64,000 nt of DNA from NCBI RefSeq assembly GCF_009834535.1, contig NC_045697.1, positions 60,080,001 through 60,144,000 on the forward strand, written 5' to 3'. The notes beneath the pieces were generated by a model. It was given only the letters and a program-made list of their open reading frames with translations. It made no database searches and was not told the origin of the DNA. Made by a program: the position numbers and the translations under genes. Of this stretch, positions 13,254 through 24,499 are shown one piece after another. Within the stretch, counting starts at the first letter, position 1. Each line of letters starts with the position of its first letter. The DNA comes from Camelus ferus. Lineage: Eukaryota.

Positions 13254-13974
13254 GATAAAATCAATGAATTGAAAACTAGATCAGGAGAAAATTCCAGACT
13301 TCATCACAGAGAGCAACAAGCCTAGGAAATATCAAAATAAGGATTATATGAGAATCTGAGAAAAAGTTGAATTTGCATATTTGTGTTTCAAAATGAGACG
13401 AGCAATAGAAAAATGAGGCAGTGACAATCAATATTTGAAGATATGACAACTGAACATATTTTAAAGTAGACAAAAAAATCTCAATCTATAGATTCAAAAA
13501 GGAACTACAAAGCAATAAAATTACAACAAAACAATATTAAGGCATTTCACTGTAAAACAGTGAACATGAATGACAAAGAGAAACACTTAAATGAAGCCAG
13601 AAATAACACATTAAAGTCACACTAATCACAATACAGCTGATTTCTCAATAGGAAAAAAAGAAGTAATCCAGATGACAGTGGAGATAGATATATATATATA
13701 TATATATGTTTCAAATACTGGAAGACAGTAAGAGCAATCTAAATTTTTACAATCTGAAAATATCCTTCAAACATGAAGCAGAAATGAGGTAATCTTGGGT
13801 AGATAAAAACTAAAAGTATTCATAGCTAACAAACCTGAAGTAAAAAGATAATAAGCCAGTCATGCACATTATAAAGTCTAGGATAATCACTCAAAGAAAA
13901 GCAAAAGAGTGAAAATGAATATGCTAATAAAGGTGGGTGGAATAAAAATGTTTGATTAATCTGAATATTTGGAA

Positions 13975-14690
13975 TTAGCCAAACTCAATGTTAAGGCAAC
14001 AGGGCTCTAGGCTGGTAAGTCTGCCCAAGATTTCTGACGCAAATTGCAAGCTTGAGGGAACCAGAACCACCCTCAGATTTGATAATTGACTAGAATGACA
14101 CAAAACTGAGGAAAGAGCTCTGCTTATGATTATAGTTCTGTTGTAGAAAAAATATACAAATGAACAACCAGCAGAAAGAAGAGATGCATAGGACAGAATC
14201 TGGGATGGTACTAAACATGGAGTTTCCAATGTCCCCTCAGTTTGTCTAAGCATTAGATAGGTTTCTTCTTGACTGTAGACATGACCTCCCTTTTCTTACA
14301 GCATTTAATTAAAAAAACTTGTAATTATCAATCTTTTCTCCATCCCTTTGAGATGCTTATCTTCTCCAACCTCTAGCCAGTTTATAGCCCAGGAATTTTT
14401 TTTTCCTAAGAACCAGGAGCCATCTCTTTAAAATGATAATACCCCATCTTCTAGGCTCTGTAGGAGCCTGTCTTCAGTAAGCACCAATTAGCCACAAGAT
14501 GGCCTAATCACCATTGGCCGGTCTCTCCCTAGTGTCCTCCAGTACTTTTTCACTAGTGCTTTCCTGTGCTTAACAACTCTGGCCTTTTGTTTCAGTGGAA
14601 TTGAGTTCAGTCTCTTTCCCCTGTTGCAATAGTTTTGAACAAAGTCTTCGGCGCCTTTTTAACTTATTTGACGCAATTTTTCTTTGACAG
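13975..14690. mobile_element. ERV LTR pieces (MER21-like 14030-14245; MER31-like to 14690)
   Basis: ccaccctcagatttgataattgactagaatgac; 3' end ttcagtggaattgagttcagtctct...tttttctttgaca. Confidence 0.6.
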
Positions 14691-14777
14691 TAGCAAATGT
14701 AGCATATACATTGCAAGAAAGGAAAGATATCTTTTAAACATAGAGGCAAAAAATTCTAAAGAAAATATTAGCAAACC

Positions 14778-14903
14778 TGTTAGGTAGGTAGTTAAGTGGT
14801 GGCACCAGGCAGATAGGTGGAGGAGCGGGAGAGGATGTCTGGAAGATGGCATTATGTCCGCCTCCAGCATGAAGGGACTTCTTCTAAATGAGTGCCAGAA
14901 AAA

Positions 14904-14962
<59 letters not shown>

Positions 14963-15377
14963 AACCTGGTTAAAACCGGACAGCCACGACTGCAAGGTAG
15001 GGAAAGGACTTAACCAGACACGACCAGTGTTCATTGTATTATAATTAACATTTCAGTTAAAGCTCCCCACTCTGGCCATGGGTTTTTCTGTGTACACCAA
15101 GCGTAAGGACATGTGCAAAGTGGCCAAACATGACTAAGCATTCTAGGGACAAGAGCCCTCAGTAGATCAAGAGACCACCTCTAAGTGAGGGTATCAGAGA
15201 AAGGGGAGACAAAAACCGCTTTTTCCTCCCTTGGATAAGCCTGCCTCCCATTTTGGGGGTGTCCTTTTCTTTTAAATAAATCTTTTAAATATTTCTCTAC
15301 ACAACGCACAGTCTCCCAACTGCAAACTTGTCTTTCTGGTATGAAAAGAACCAGTGTCTTTACCTTTTGGGGTAACA
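14778..15377. mobile_element. Young solo LTR (ERV1-type, 600 bp)
   Basis: tgtta...taaca inverted termini; perfect 4-bp TSD aacc (14774-14777, 15378-15381); CpGs retained. Confidence 0.85.
14899..14963 (+). repeat. (TAAA)n microsatellite inside the solo LTR
   Basis: About 15 perfect units. Confidence 0.95.
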
Positions 15378-15614
15378 AACCAAATATGTGATCTCTTTAG
15401 TAAATAATAACTGATGGCCAGCTTGCATGTATTCCAGAAACACAAGTTTATCTGCTTATTTGAGAATAAAGGTAATGTACTAAAGTCACAAAATAAAGGA
15501 GAAAATTATTTATTTAACTTTAACACCCATTTATCAGGGGGGAAAAAAAAGCCTTGGACAAGAGTGGAAAGGAAATTTTTAATCTGGTAAAAAGTAGGAG
15601 AAAAAAAATCACAC

Positions 15615-16030
15615 TTTCCCTAGTTTGCATTGCCTCAGAAGCAAATGCAGAGGCAAATATCCAAGAGCAAATAGGAAGTAGTTTATTAGGGTATTGTAGG
15701 GAACACGAGTAGGAATGAGGGAGATTGATACAGGGAAGGAATTCCATAAAGAGAGGGTTTTTGAACTGGCTACTACAGTGGGTAATTGAAGCTTAATTCA
15801 ATGGAGAAACTCTGGGAAATGCTTCAAAATACATGCCTCAAGGGAAAGGAGTATTTACATACCACTGTGATTCAGTGAGTAGTTAAGGGCTGCTTCCTTG
15901 AGGTGTTAATTTCCTGGCATTTCCAAGACTGCCAAGTGGACGGACTTGGCAGCTTCCAAGAGGAAAATCTCTCCCCATTAGTGACGCAGATATTGGATTG
16001 GGATTCTTACAGAACACAAGGCGGAGATAA
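15615..16030 (-). mobile_element. ERVL LTR33-like LTR
   Basis: tagtttgcattgcctcagaagcaaa...gtagtttattaggg...gatacagggaaggaa. Confidence 0.55.
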
Positions 16031-16865
16031 AGACTGGAATAAAGGTAGAGTTCTTGTAATTTTGCTTATAATGCTTAATGGCAAAAAACACTGAACCTTT
16101 TTTTCAAAGGTAGGAACAAGAAAAATGTTTTCACTACTGATATTTTTTTCAACACTGAAACGGATGTCCAATTAGTTGTAATAATGCAAAAATTAAAATG
16201 CAAAACACTCTGAAAAAGATCAAATGAAAACATCACTACTTGCAGAAAACAGGATTATTTAGTAAGAAATTTTTTAATTATAAATTTTTAGAATTAAGAT
16301 TTAAATTTAGCAAAGTTGTAAAATACAATGTCAGTATTTAGAAAATTAGTCATATTTCTGTAGATAAGCAATAAACAGTCAATATTTTTGCTGATACCAC
16401 TTGAGATAATATAAAAATAATAAAATATAAAATTTAAATGCCTGAAAATATAATTTTAGAAAAATATCAAAGAAATCTATAAAGACAACTAAAGAGTATT
16501 ACTGAGAGAATTTAAAAACCTAAATAAATGAAATGAATCAAAGTTTATGGGTTGGAGGAATCAAATACTGTAAGATGTTAATTATCCTCAAATTGATGTT
16601 TGATTAACTGCAATCCCAAAACAAAACCCAAGCAGCTTGTCTGTGGGTGGTTGAAGAGCGAGGCAAACTTACTCTGTAGTTTTATGGAAGTGTAATGGGC
16701 TAAGAATAGCTAAACAATCTTGAAAAAGAAAAATACATTTGGAGACTTTTTATTAACAGAAATATGTAATATAAGTTACATAAGGAACAGAATGTGATTT
16801 AATTGCAAGAATAGACAATAATTCAATAGAACAGAATAGAGAACCCCAGAATAAATCTAAACATA

Positions 16866-17858
16866 TGTGGACTGAAATAAAAATACACAACATAAAAATT
16901 GTGATTTAAGTTTTTTTATTTGAAATGTAGTTGATTTCCAATGTTGTGTTAGTTTCTAGTGTACAGCATAATGATTCAGTTATACGTATAGTCTTTTTCA
17001 TATTCTTCTTCATTATAGACTATTACAAGATACTGAGTATAGTTCCCTATGCTATACAGTAGGATCTTGTTGTTTATCTAGTTTATATATAGTAGTTTGT
17101 ATCTGGTAATCCCAAACTCCTAATTTATCATTCCCCTCCCTCCTTTTCTCCTCAGTAGCCATAAGTTTGTTTTCTGTGTCTGTGTCTGTTTCTGTTTTGT
17201 AAATAAGTTCATTTACATTTTTTTTGGATTCCACATGTAAGTGATATCATATGATATTTTTCTTTATCTCTCTGACTTAACTTCACTTTGTCTGATAGTC
17301 TCTGGGTTCATTCATGTTGCTGCAAATGGCATTATTTCATTCTTTTTATGGCTGAGTAGTATTCCATTGTATATATACCACAATTTCTTTATCCAGTCAT
17401 TTGTCAGTGGGCATTTAGGTTGCTTCCATGACTTAGCTATTGTAAATTGTGACCTAAGTTTTATTTGGAAAACTTAAAATACAGCCTCAGAGACAGCCTC
17501 TCAGATAGTGCTGAGGAACTGCTCTGAAGACGTAAGGGTACATATGAATTTTTTTGTTGGGAAAAACATATAGTCAAACATAAAAATATTACTGCTAATC
17601 ACAAAGAATAGACATCTCAAATTAATGATTTTTAATGCTTTTCTGTGTATGGATGAGAAAATAAAGAATCTGGGCTCATTGAAATTTTTCCTTAGATACG
17701 TACCTTAACTCTCTAAGTCCTGGTATATCGAAAGCACAGAGTGCTTCATTTTTCTTCAACCTGAATTCCCCTCAGGGTGCACTATTGGTGGGTGACTGCA
17801 GTGGCTAATGGCTTGATCCTTGTAGAACTGGAATGGCAGACAACATTTTTTCTTTTCA
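16866..17858 (-). mobile_element. Cetartiodactyl MER41-like ERV1 LTR split by an L1
   Basis: aagttttatttgg...cagcctcagagacagcctctcagatagtgctgaggaactgctc resembles MER41-family LTRs. Confidence 0.65.
16911..17447 (-). mobile_element. L1 3' end (cetartiodactyl-type) inserted into the LTR
   Basis: polyT + tatttgaaatgtagttgatt; ORF2 C-terminal remnant; near-TSD tgtgatttaagtttt / tgtgacctaagtttt. Confidence 0.88.
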
Positions 17859-17974
17859 CTATGTTGACAGCTTTTTTTTATGATAAATATTCTTTGTAAA
17901 ATTGATTTGGAAATAGTGTTTTTAACAAACGGTGTTGCAACAATTAAATATGAGGGGGAAAAGTGACTCTAGAC

Positions 17975-18162
17975 CAGCACAGTTCAAAGATTTCTGTATA
18001 ATGGCAGTGTTCTACGTCTCCTAGATGCGGTAGCCCTTAGCTACATATGGTGGTTGAGCACTTGATTTGTGAATAATGTGACATATAAACTAAATTTTTA
18101 AATTTAATTAATTTTAATTTAAATAAATATAGTGCTTGTGGCTACCATATTGTACACCATTG
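17975..18162 (+). mobile_element. MER3-like hAT-Charlie DNA transposon
   Basis: ggtagcccttagctacatatggtggttgagcacttga...gtggctaccatattg. Confidence 0.8.
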
Positions 18163-19452
18163 TTATATACTTAGCACCATAAATGCATATATATTAAATA
18201 GCTAGTAGACATAAATTGGGAAAGAGGAAAAAAGCTGGTAGTTTAACACAGACTATCTTTATGTCCTTGAAAACACAAATATTTTTCAAATAGAACAAAA
18301 TAGTATTGATGATTAAAAAAAAAAGACTGATAAAGTGGAATACATATACGTATGAAAATATATTTATCACAGGATACTGTTAAGTGTGAAAATGTAAGTC
18401 AAAGAATCACAGAAATCATTTCCAAAATATTTTTCTGACAAATGATTCAAATGCAGAAAGTAAAGAAACTGCTATATAATAATATGAAAAAGGAAAGGAA
18501 TCTAATAAAAATGGGCAAAGATTGACCAGCCACTTCATATTTCAAAAGATAGTATTCAAATTGCCAGTAAACATGTGATACTGTGTTTAACATGATTTTT
18601 TACCAGGGGAATGCAAATTAAAGCCATGTTGTGTTATAATCTTTAAAGACATGGCTACAATTTTAGAAGAAAGCTTTTGCCGCTGTTGGCAACAATACAG
18701 AACAAATGAAACATTCATATACTTCAGGTGTAAGTTAAAATCAATAAAAACCACTTTGGAAAACTGTTTATATTTTTCTATTAAAGTGGATTTATGAATT
18801 CCCTATGGCCCGATGATTCAAATCTCTTAAGTATTTTCAACTAAAATGCATATATGTGTGCACCAACACATATGCTCTAGAATGTTCCTAATTGGGTTAT
18901 CCACATTAGCCTCAATCTATGTACAGCTGAAATATCCATTTAAAGTAAAATGAATAAACAAACTCTGTTATTGTCAAACAATGAATGCTTTGTAGGAATG
19001 AGAAAAAAAAATTTGCTACCTTCAATGATCTGCATAAATCTTAAAAGATAATGTTAAGCAATTAAAATCAGACATAAAATATGATACAATGTAGGATTCT
19101 ATTTACTTATAGTTCAAAAATATGTGAACTAATTCATGGTGATAAAAGTCAGGAGAGTGTTTACTTTTGTGTGGAATACTAAGAAGGAACACAAGAGCAA
19201 CTTTCAGAGGGCTGCCAACATTCAAATATTTTATCAGAGTGGTGGTTTCATTAGTGTGTTTGCTTTGTAAAAATTCACTGAAATTTGCACTTACAATTAG
19301 ACTAAAGTAAAATGTCATTAAATTTTATGTAGAAACAGAAGGACTTTCTTGAAAAAAAGTTAGTGAAAGCACCTGAAAAGTGAATGACCTGGCATTAAAA
19401 ATGAATGTGGAAATATATTTAATAAGTATTTTTTCTTAAGATAAATGATTAC

Positions 19453-19575
19453 TTTGTCTCTTTTGACCATATCATCTGCAAACAGTGACTTGCCGTGTTT
19501 CAGCATTTTGCCACTTTTTTTTGCCAATGATGTGTGTTCAATCTATGGCTGTTAGAACTGGAAGATTAAATTTTT
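19453..19575 (-). pseudogene. Pseudo-exon, 123 nt, phase 1->1
   Basis: tctttctcttatctcacaag|aa...caaa|gtaatc; KFNLPVLTAID*THIIGKKKWQNAETRQVTVCR*YGQKRQ. Confidence 0.7.
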
Positions 19576-20069
19576 CTTGTGAGATAAGAGAAAGAATAGC
19601 ACAGATGATACAAATTCTTTGGAGTTAAAGATATATTTCCAGTTATGTTGCACAAGATAGAATAATGTACAGTACAAATAGCTCAAAGATTCAACAAATA
19701 TTGACTGAAAGTGTATTGAGAAGCCCCATGTTTATGAGACATTTATATTAACAAGGAGATTTTAGAAGAATATGATAAAATTTAACCATTTCCTTTCTGA
19801 TTCTCATTCTCCTGAGGGGAGTCAAAATTTCTGAAGCTCAAAAGCTCCTCTCAGAGTTTCACATCAGGTTGCATAAGGCTCAAATTGCCTCCAGAATTGA
19901 GTGTGAAATGGTTTTAAAGTACCATACCACAGACATGGATAATACTGCATGCTGTGACAAATGATGTATCCCCAAATCTATTTTCCTTGTTGTTTGGAGA
20001 TCTATTTAAACATAATAACTAAATTTAAATGTTCCTTTTAAATAAGTATGGCTACACTATTAATTTCAC

Positions 20070-20470
20070 TATTCAGCAAGTATTTGTAATGTTTCTTTTA
20101 TGTCATGTGAACTGTCCTGTGTACTGAGTGTAGAGAAATAAATAAGTTACCACTGTAGTCAAGAAACTCACATTGTCCTGAGAAGTCGTATATACTGATG
20201 TTTATAATGGAAAAGTTGACATTTTAACCATCCTTGGGTAAAGGAGATGGGATATGGGAAGAGTTCCTGTGAAAATGAAGATTGGGTCTTGTAGATAACA
20301 GAGTAGTTACTGAGTGAATTTAAGCAGGGGATTAACATGGTCATATTTGCGTATTTAATAGTTTACTCTGACAACTGTAAAGATGAATTTGAGTGGAATA
20401 AGGAAGGTACTGGGAAATCAGCCAGATTGTCATTGAAATGAAATAAGCAAGAGTCTGAACCTGAGAGGTG
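20070..20470 (-). mobile_element. L2 fragment
   Basis: tattcagcaagtatttg; tttaagcaggggattaacatggtcatatttgc. Confidence 0.55.
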
Positions 20471-20529
20471 GTAAAGATAATATGCCTAAGTGAACAAGCT
20501 CATTTAGTATTTCTTTTGCAGTTATTTTG

Positions 20530-20800
20530 GTCAGATGAAGCTCAAAAAATACCCTCCAGCAGACTTTCCATCATATCAGAATAGCTAGAGGTGGATAAGA
20601 TGGACAACTTTCTTCAAAGGGAGTGGTATTGCAATGATTGTCTTAGACTAATTATGATTTCTTCCTTGAGGTTGGGGAAAAATCTCATCCCTAAACTCAG
20701 CTTTGCCTGACACCTAAGTAGCACCAAGTTTCTATAAGCTTAGAAGTAGAGGCTGGGGAAGAATGGCTATTAAGTGATAAATTGTGTTTGCTATACCACT
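20530..20800 (-). mobile_element. Old MLT1-type MaLR LTR fragment
   Basis: ccagcagactttcc...attgcaatgattgtcttagactaat. Confidence 0.45.
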
Positions 20801-20989
20801 CTGTTTTGATAAGTTGATACCTTCTTAAAATAGGTTCCTAAACTGCAAATAAATTTAAGTTCATCTCAACGTTGGGGCAAAATTTAACTGTTTCTTATTT
20901 AGTTTAAAACTGCTTATACATTCATTACTTGGAATGAATTGAAATGGAATTAATATGCATATGGTCTAAACACATTTTTATGACCTTAC

Positions 20990-21167
20990 TAGTCTTTAAT
21001 GTTTCTCAATTTTTTAATTTGTTTACATTAAAAATTATTTTCTTTTGCCTGGCTTCACTTTGATAGCTTTCTCCGTATGTCAGAGGATTACATGATCACT
21101 TTTTTAGTTAGGCAGAATAATTTCTTTTCTTGATCTCAAATGATGTATTTCTACCAGCCTAAAATTC
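20990..21167 (-). pseudogene. Pseudo-exon, 178 nt, phase 0->1
   Basis: tttttttgcttgacattttag|gaa...acta|gtaagg; EF*AGRNTSFEIKKRNYSA*LKK*SCNPLTYGESYQSEARQKKIIFNVNKLKN*ETLKT. Confidence 0.65.
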
Positions 21168-21328
21168 CTAAAATGTCAAGCAAAAAAATAATGAATATTT
21201 TATATCAGATTATAATTTCTAACAGTCTAAAAATTTTGAGATATCAGAAGAAATGCAGTGTTTTAGTGATCTTTCATTTCTGATTGTTTTAATGAAAGTA
21301 GAAGACAAACTTACAGATCTATGCTTAC

Positions 21329-21692
21329 TCATTCATGTTTATGCACTTGGTCTGTGTCAATTTGCCTTGATGTACACTGCAGTTAGAAATGGCTCCTACT
21401 CCAGTGGGCCACAAAATTGACAACTAACTGAAAGGGTACACTTTGCAAGCCAAGAGTATGTTTAAAGAATGTGTTTGTGGTGAATAGAAGAAAAACTAAT
21501 AGTGGAAATTCAGTTAACATATGGCATACTTCATGGTCCATACAAAACATCCCCATACGCATTAAATTAAGGTTCTTTCACCCTATCACAATCAGGAGAC
21601 TTTTGTGTAGCAGAGAAAGCTTTGAAGAATTTAAGCAACTCTGTGGACAGCTTCCATTTAAACTTTAATTTTCTTACCACAGATATTTCTTC
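21329..21692 (-). pseudogene. Pseudo-exon, 364 nt, phase 2->0
   Basis: gattttag|g...tga|gtaagc; KKYLW*EN*SLNGSCPQSCLNSSKLSLLHKSLLIVIG*KNLNLMRMGMFCMDHEVCHMLTEFPLLVFLLFTTNTFFKHTLGLQSVPFQLVVNFVAHWSRSHF*LQCTSRQIDTDQVHKHE*. Confidence 0.72.
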
Positions 21693-22459
21693 CTAAAATC
21701 ATATTAATTTAAAACAATTACCTTCTCTCAACTTCACTTTCTTTCATTTACTTTGAAGCTGGTTCCTCAATAATGTTATTGATAGATTACTATATGATCT
21801 GCAGTTTTAAATCTATGGAATACTATAAAGGCATTTAATTGGCTGTCTTACTGTTTACTGGATAATGAAAATTACGTTTGGTCCTGGGTCACATACACTC
21901 ATTGCTGTTAAGAGGGTGAACTTCCAATACGTAAATTATAGCTCTTTCTCTTGCTCTAATATGTAATTTACCAGTGTAATGTGTACCTGTGAGACTAGAC
22001 AGTCATATACAATTGTGTCTTCAAGAAATTGCATACTGTATAACCTAAAATATCCTAATAAGGATAGAGTTGAACTATCCTTTAAATGCCACTCAGAAAA
22101 AAAGAGAATTAACATAATTTAGAAGTTAGTTTTAAAATTTATAAGTGGCTACTTAATAATGTATTCACATATAATAATGTGAATATACAAAATAAATTAT
22201 AGATTTTTTAAACAATAATCTAATATGGAAAATAAATAATATGAGAAAGTCATATGGAAGAAGAACATATTTTTATTTTTAAAAATATACCAAATATTTT
22301 AGAACTATTTAAATATTCAAATTTTTTCTGTAAAAAAGTTTGCACAGTTAAGTTAAAAGTATATACACAAATAAAGGTATAATTAAGGATTTGAAATTAG
22401 TGAAATTTATTTGCTACATTCCATGTCTGACTTCATTATTCATAGTTTTGCTTTTTTAC

Positions 22460-22608
22460 CAATATTTGAAGGCCTTCTTTTCTGGCTTCTTTTGTGCACC
22501 TTCTCTGATATTCTGACAAGAACTGCAAGGCTTGAAGGAAGTGGTCTTTCTCTCAGAGTCTGGTTTTAATTGATGTTATAGTACAAACCATTAATTGATA
22601 GTATTTTT
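22460..22608 (-). pseudogene. Pseudo-exon, 149 nt, phase 0->2
   Basis: atatctttctag|aaa...tg|gtaaaa; KNTIN*WFVL*HQLKPDSERKTTSFKPCSSCQNIREGAQKKPEKKAFKY(W). Confidence 0.68.
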
Positions 22609-22656
22609 CTAGAAAGATATGTGGTATGCTGACAGTGTAAATCTGTTACTGCTTAC

Positions 22657-22908
22657 TTCATCCCAATAGTTACATTCTGGCCATTTTTGTTAGTCTCCTT
22701 ATATCATATTTAATTTCCTTAATAATTATCAGATCTTGACAAGCATGGGTCAATTCATTGTATTAGAGGCTATAAAGGAACTGTTTAAAAAATTCTGAAG
22801 TTTATCCACAAGGTATTGACTTATTTTAATCTGCTTTTCAAGACTCAAGGGTGATGTAAGTTATTCTTTGAGATAATTTTAGTCACAATTATGGGAAAAA
22901 GTCATGCT
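22657..22908 (-). pseudogene. Pseudo-exon, 252 nt, phase 0->0 (only 48 nt from the next segment)
   Basis: tgttgttttcaaaag|agc...gaa|gtaagc; SMTFSHNCD*NYLKE*LTSPLSLEKQIKISQYLVDKLQNFLNSSFIASNTMN*PMLVKI**LLRKLNMI*GD*QKWPECNYWDE. Confidence 0.62.
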
Positions 22909-23134
22909 CTTTTGAAAACAACACAGAATACGACTATTTTATTCTAATAAATTCTAATTCACTGAAGAGTGGCTTATGACTATTCACCATACATGCTTAT
23001 AATTACACAGTTTTTAAGTATATTAGGCACTTGGAAAAATTACTGTGTTTTTAATCTATTTGCAGATTTTAGTATTTTCAAAAATTCAAACCCTTTTCTA
23101 TCTTCTTTCCCCTACCCTCATTCCTGGGACTCAC

Positions 23135-23554
23135 AAAATATGAAACTTTGGGGACAGTTAAATTCCTTCAATCTCAGATTATTTGTAACCGAATTCTTCT
23201 TCATTGCCTAGTCCAATGCATTCTGTCCCTACAATCAATATCCTTAATTAGTTCAACATTTATTTTACATATACTTTTATGTTTGGGTAAAGCACTATTG
23301 TTTATGTTTACTAATTGTAATAAATTATCAAATTATAATCACAGTGGACATATGAACAGACCCCTGTCACATTTTCTATCAGTAAATATGGGTGATAGGA
23401 CAAATTCAACTTCATCTATTCACAACAGGTCATCTGTGTCCACATCAGTCAAAAGATTCTCAATTTCTCTGGGAAACATGGCATTCTCATGTTTTATTCT
23501 TTGTAAAAGATTAATAAGTTTTTGTAATGAGAAGGAGTTTCTGCTATTTAAATA
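23135..23554 (-). pseudogene. Pseudo-exon, 420 nt, phase 0->0
   Basis: ttattttattgtttcag|tat...ttt|gtgagt; YLNSRNSFSLQKLINLLQRIKHENAMFPREIENLLTDVDTDDLL*IDEVEFVLSPIFTDRKCDRGLFICPL*L*FDNLLQLVNINNSALPKHKSICKINVELIKDIDCRDRMHWTRQ*RRIRLQII*D*RNLTVPKVSYF. Confidence 0.8.
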
Positions 23555-23630
23555 CTGAAACAATAAAATAAGGACTTTAAGAAAGTCTTCCTTTAAGAAA
23601 GATTCATTTATAAAAGGAAAACATTTCTAC

Positions 23631-24015
23631 CTGGTCACTAAGCTTAAATTCTCAGAACTTCTTTAATATCTATGTATGTTTTCAATGTATCTAAAAAGTT
23701 TGGCCAGCCGAGTTTTGTTGTTTCATCAGTAAATACTACATTTAAGTCTGAATTTATGTCTAATTGGGAATTATAGTTTTTCCTTTATTGCTTTCTTGAA
23801 ATCCTATTGCCTTTAATTTACACAGAGTTTTGATAAATTTAGAATATGGAAATATTTGAATCACTATCTTATTTGAATGCTAATTAACAGTGAAGTCTTG
23901 TTTGCTGACAAGTTGTGCAATGACATTCAAAGAGTACCACAATAAAAGCAAACAAACATAATATTTCCATATTTCTAACATTGGCAAATAAAAGGCAACA
24001 ATCATTTTTGATAAT
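23631..24015 (-). pseudogene. Pseudo-exon, 385 nt, net phase 2->0; acceptor AG apparently mutated to AA; RGS-like pattern
   Basis: Long pyrimidine tract ending cctcaa; donor cag|gtagaa followed by a 76-nt intron; LSKMIVAFYLPMLEIWKYYVCLLLLWYSLNVIAQLVSKQDFTVN*HSNKIVIQIFPYSKFIKTLCKLKAIGFQESNKGKTII/QLDINSDLNVVFTDETTKLGWPNFLDTLKTYIDIKEVLR/KLSDQ. Confidence 0.72.
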
Positions 24016-24499
24016 TTGAGGAAATATATAAGCAAAAAGAGTAGGAAAAGAAATATAACCAAACAAAAAACAAGGAAGTCCTCCCAAGTAGATTTTAAGA
24101 GTCAACTAGTACTCTTTTATAAACTTATTTCAGCAAAATAGTGTAAAGCCTTTGAGTCACCTTTAAGGAAGTTTTTTTATAAGGCTCTTTAGTAATGTTG
24201 CCACAGATCAGAATCTTGAGGAAATCGTGTTTAAGATAAGACTAAGGGATGAACAGAAGTTAAATTAGTAGGGTTATCTACATAAAGTTTGGGGGCAGGA
24301 AAGGCATGATGATGAGATGATGATGTGTGTGGAGAGAGTTCCAGGCTGAGGGATCAACACAGAAAAGGGGCAGAATGCCGCAGGATGTGCTGTAAACAAA
24401 AAAGACTGAATGCAGAAAGTGAGAGTTGTACCTTTTAAGTAGTGTCTTAAGTCCCATAGAGAGTAAAAGACAAAAGTATAAAGTTTGGAAGTATCTTAC

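Larger units (their letters stand above)
12120..19320 (+). mobile_element. Ancient long L1M (ORF1/ORF2 remnants, L1MD/ME-like 3' end) hosting nested insertions
   Basis: A-rich L1 ORF1/ORF2-like sequence (e.g. aatagagaaccccagaataaat, gggaatgcaaattaaagcca); 3' end at about 19140-19320. Confidence 0.8.

Noticed and set aside
16866..17858. Interferon-inducible enhancer in the MER41-like LTR
   Set aside because: I did not see an intact TTCNNNGAA GAS motif, and the LTR is split by an L1.
23390..23480. EF-hand (EIENLLTDVDTDDLL*IDEVEF)
   Set aside because: It lacks the position-5 D/N and position-6 Gly, and the surrounding exons fit an RGS-like pattern better. Not fully excluded.
23148..23558. 136-aa plus-strand ORF as a real CDS
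   Set aside because: It has no ATG start or plus-strand splice context and is explained as the antisense shadow of the minus-strand pseudo-exon.
23900..24004. Signal peptide / first coding exon (MLEIWKYYVCLLLLWYSLNVIAQ)
   Set aside because: It is preceded by an acceptor-like pyrimidine tract and further upstream exons. The hydrophobic stretch fits an internal helix better.
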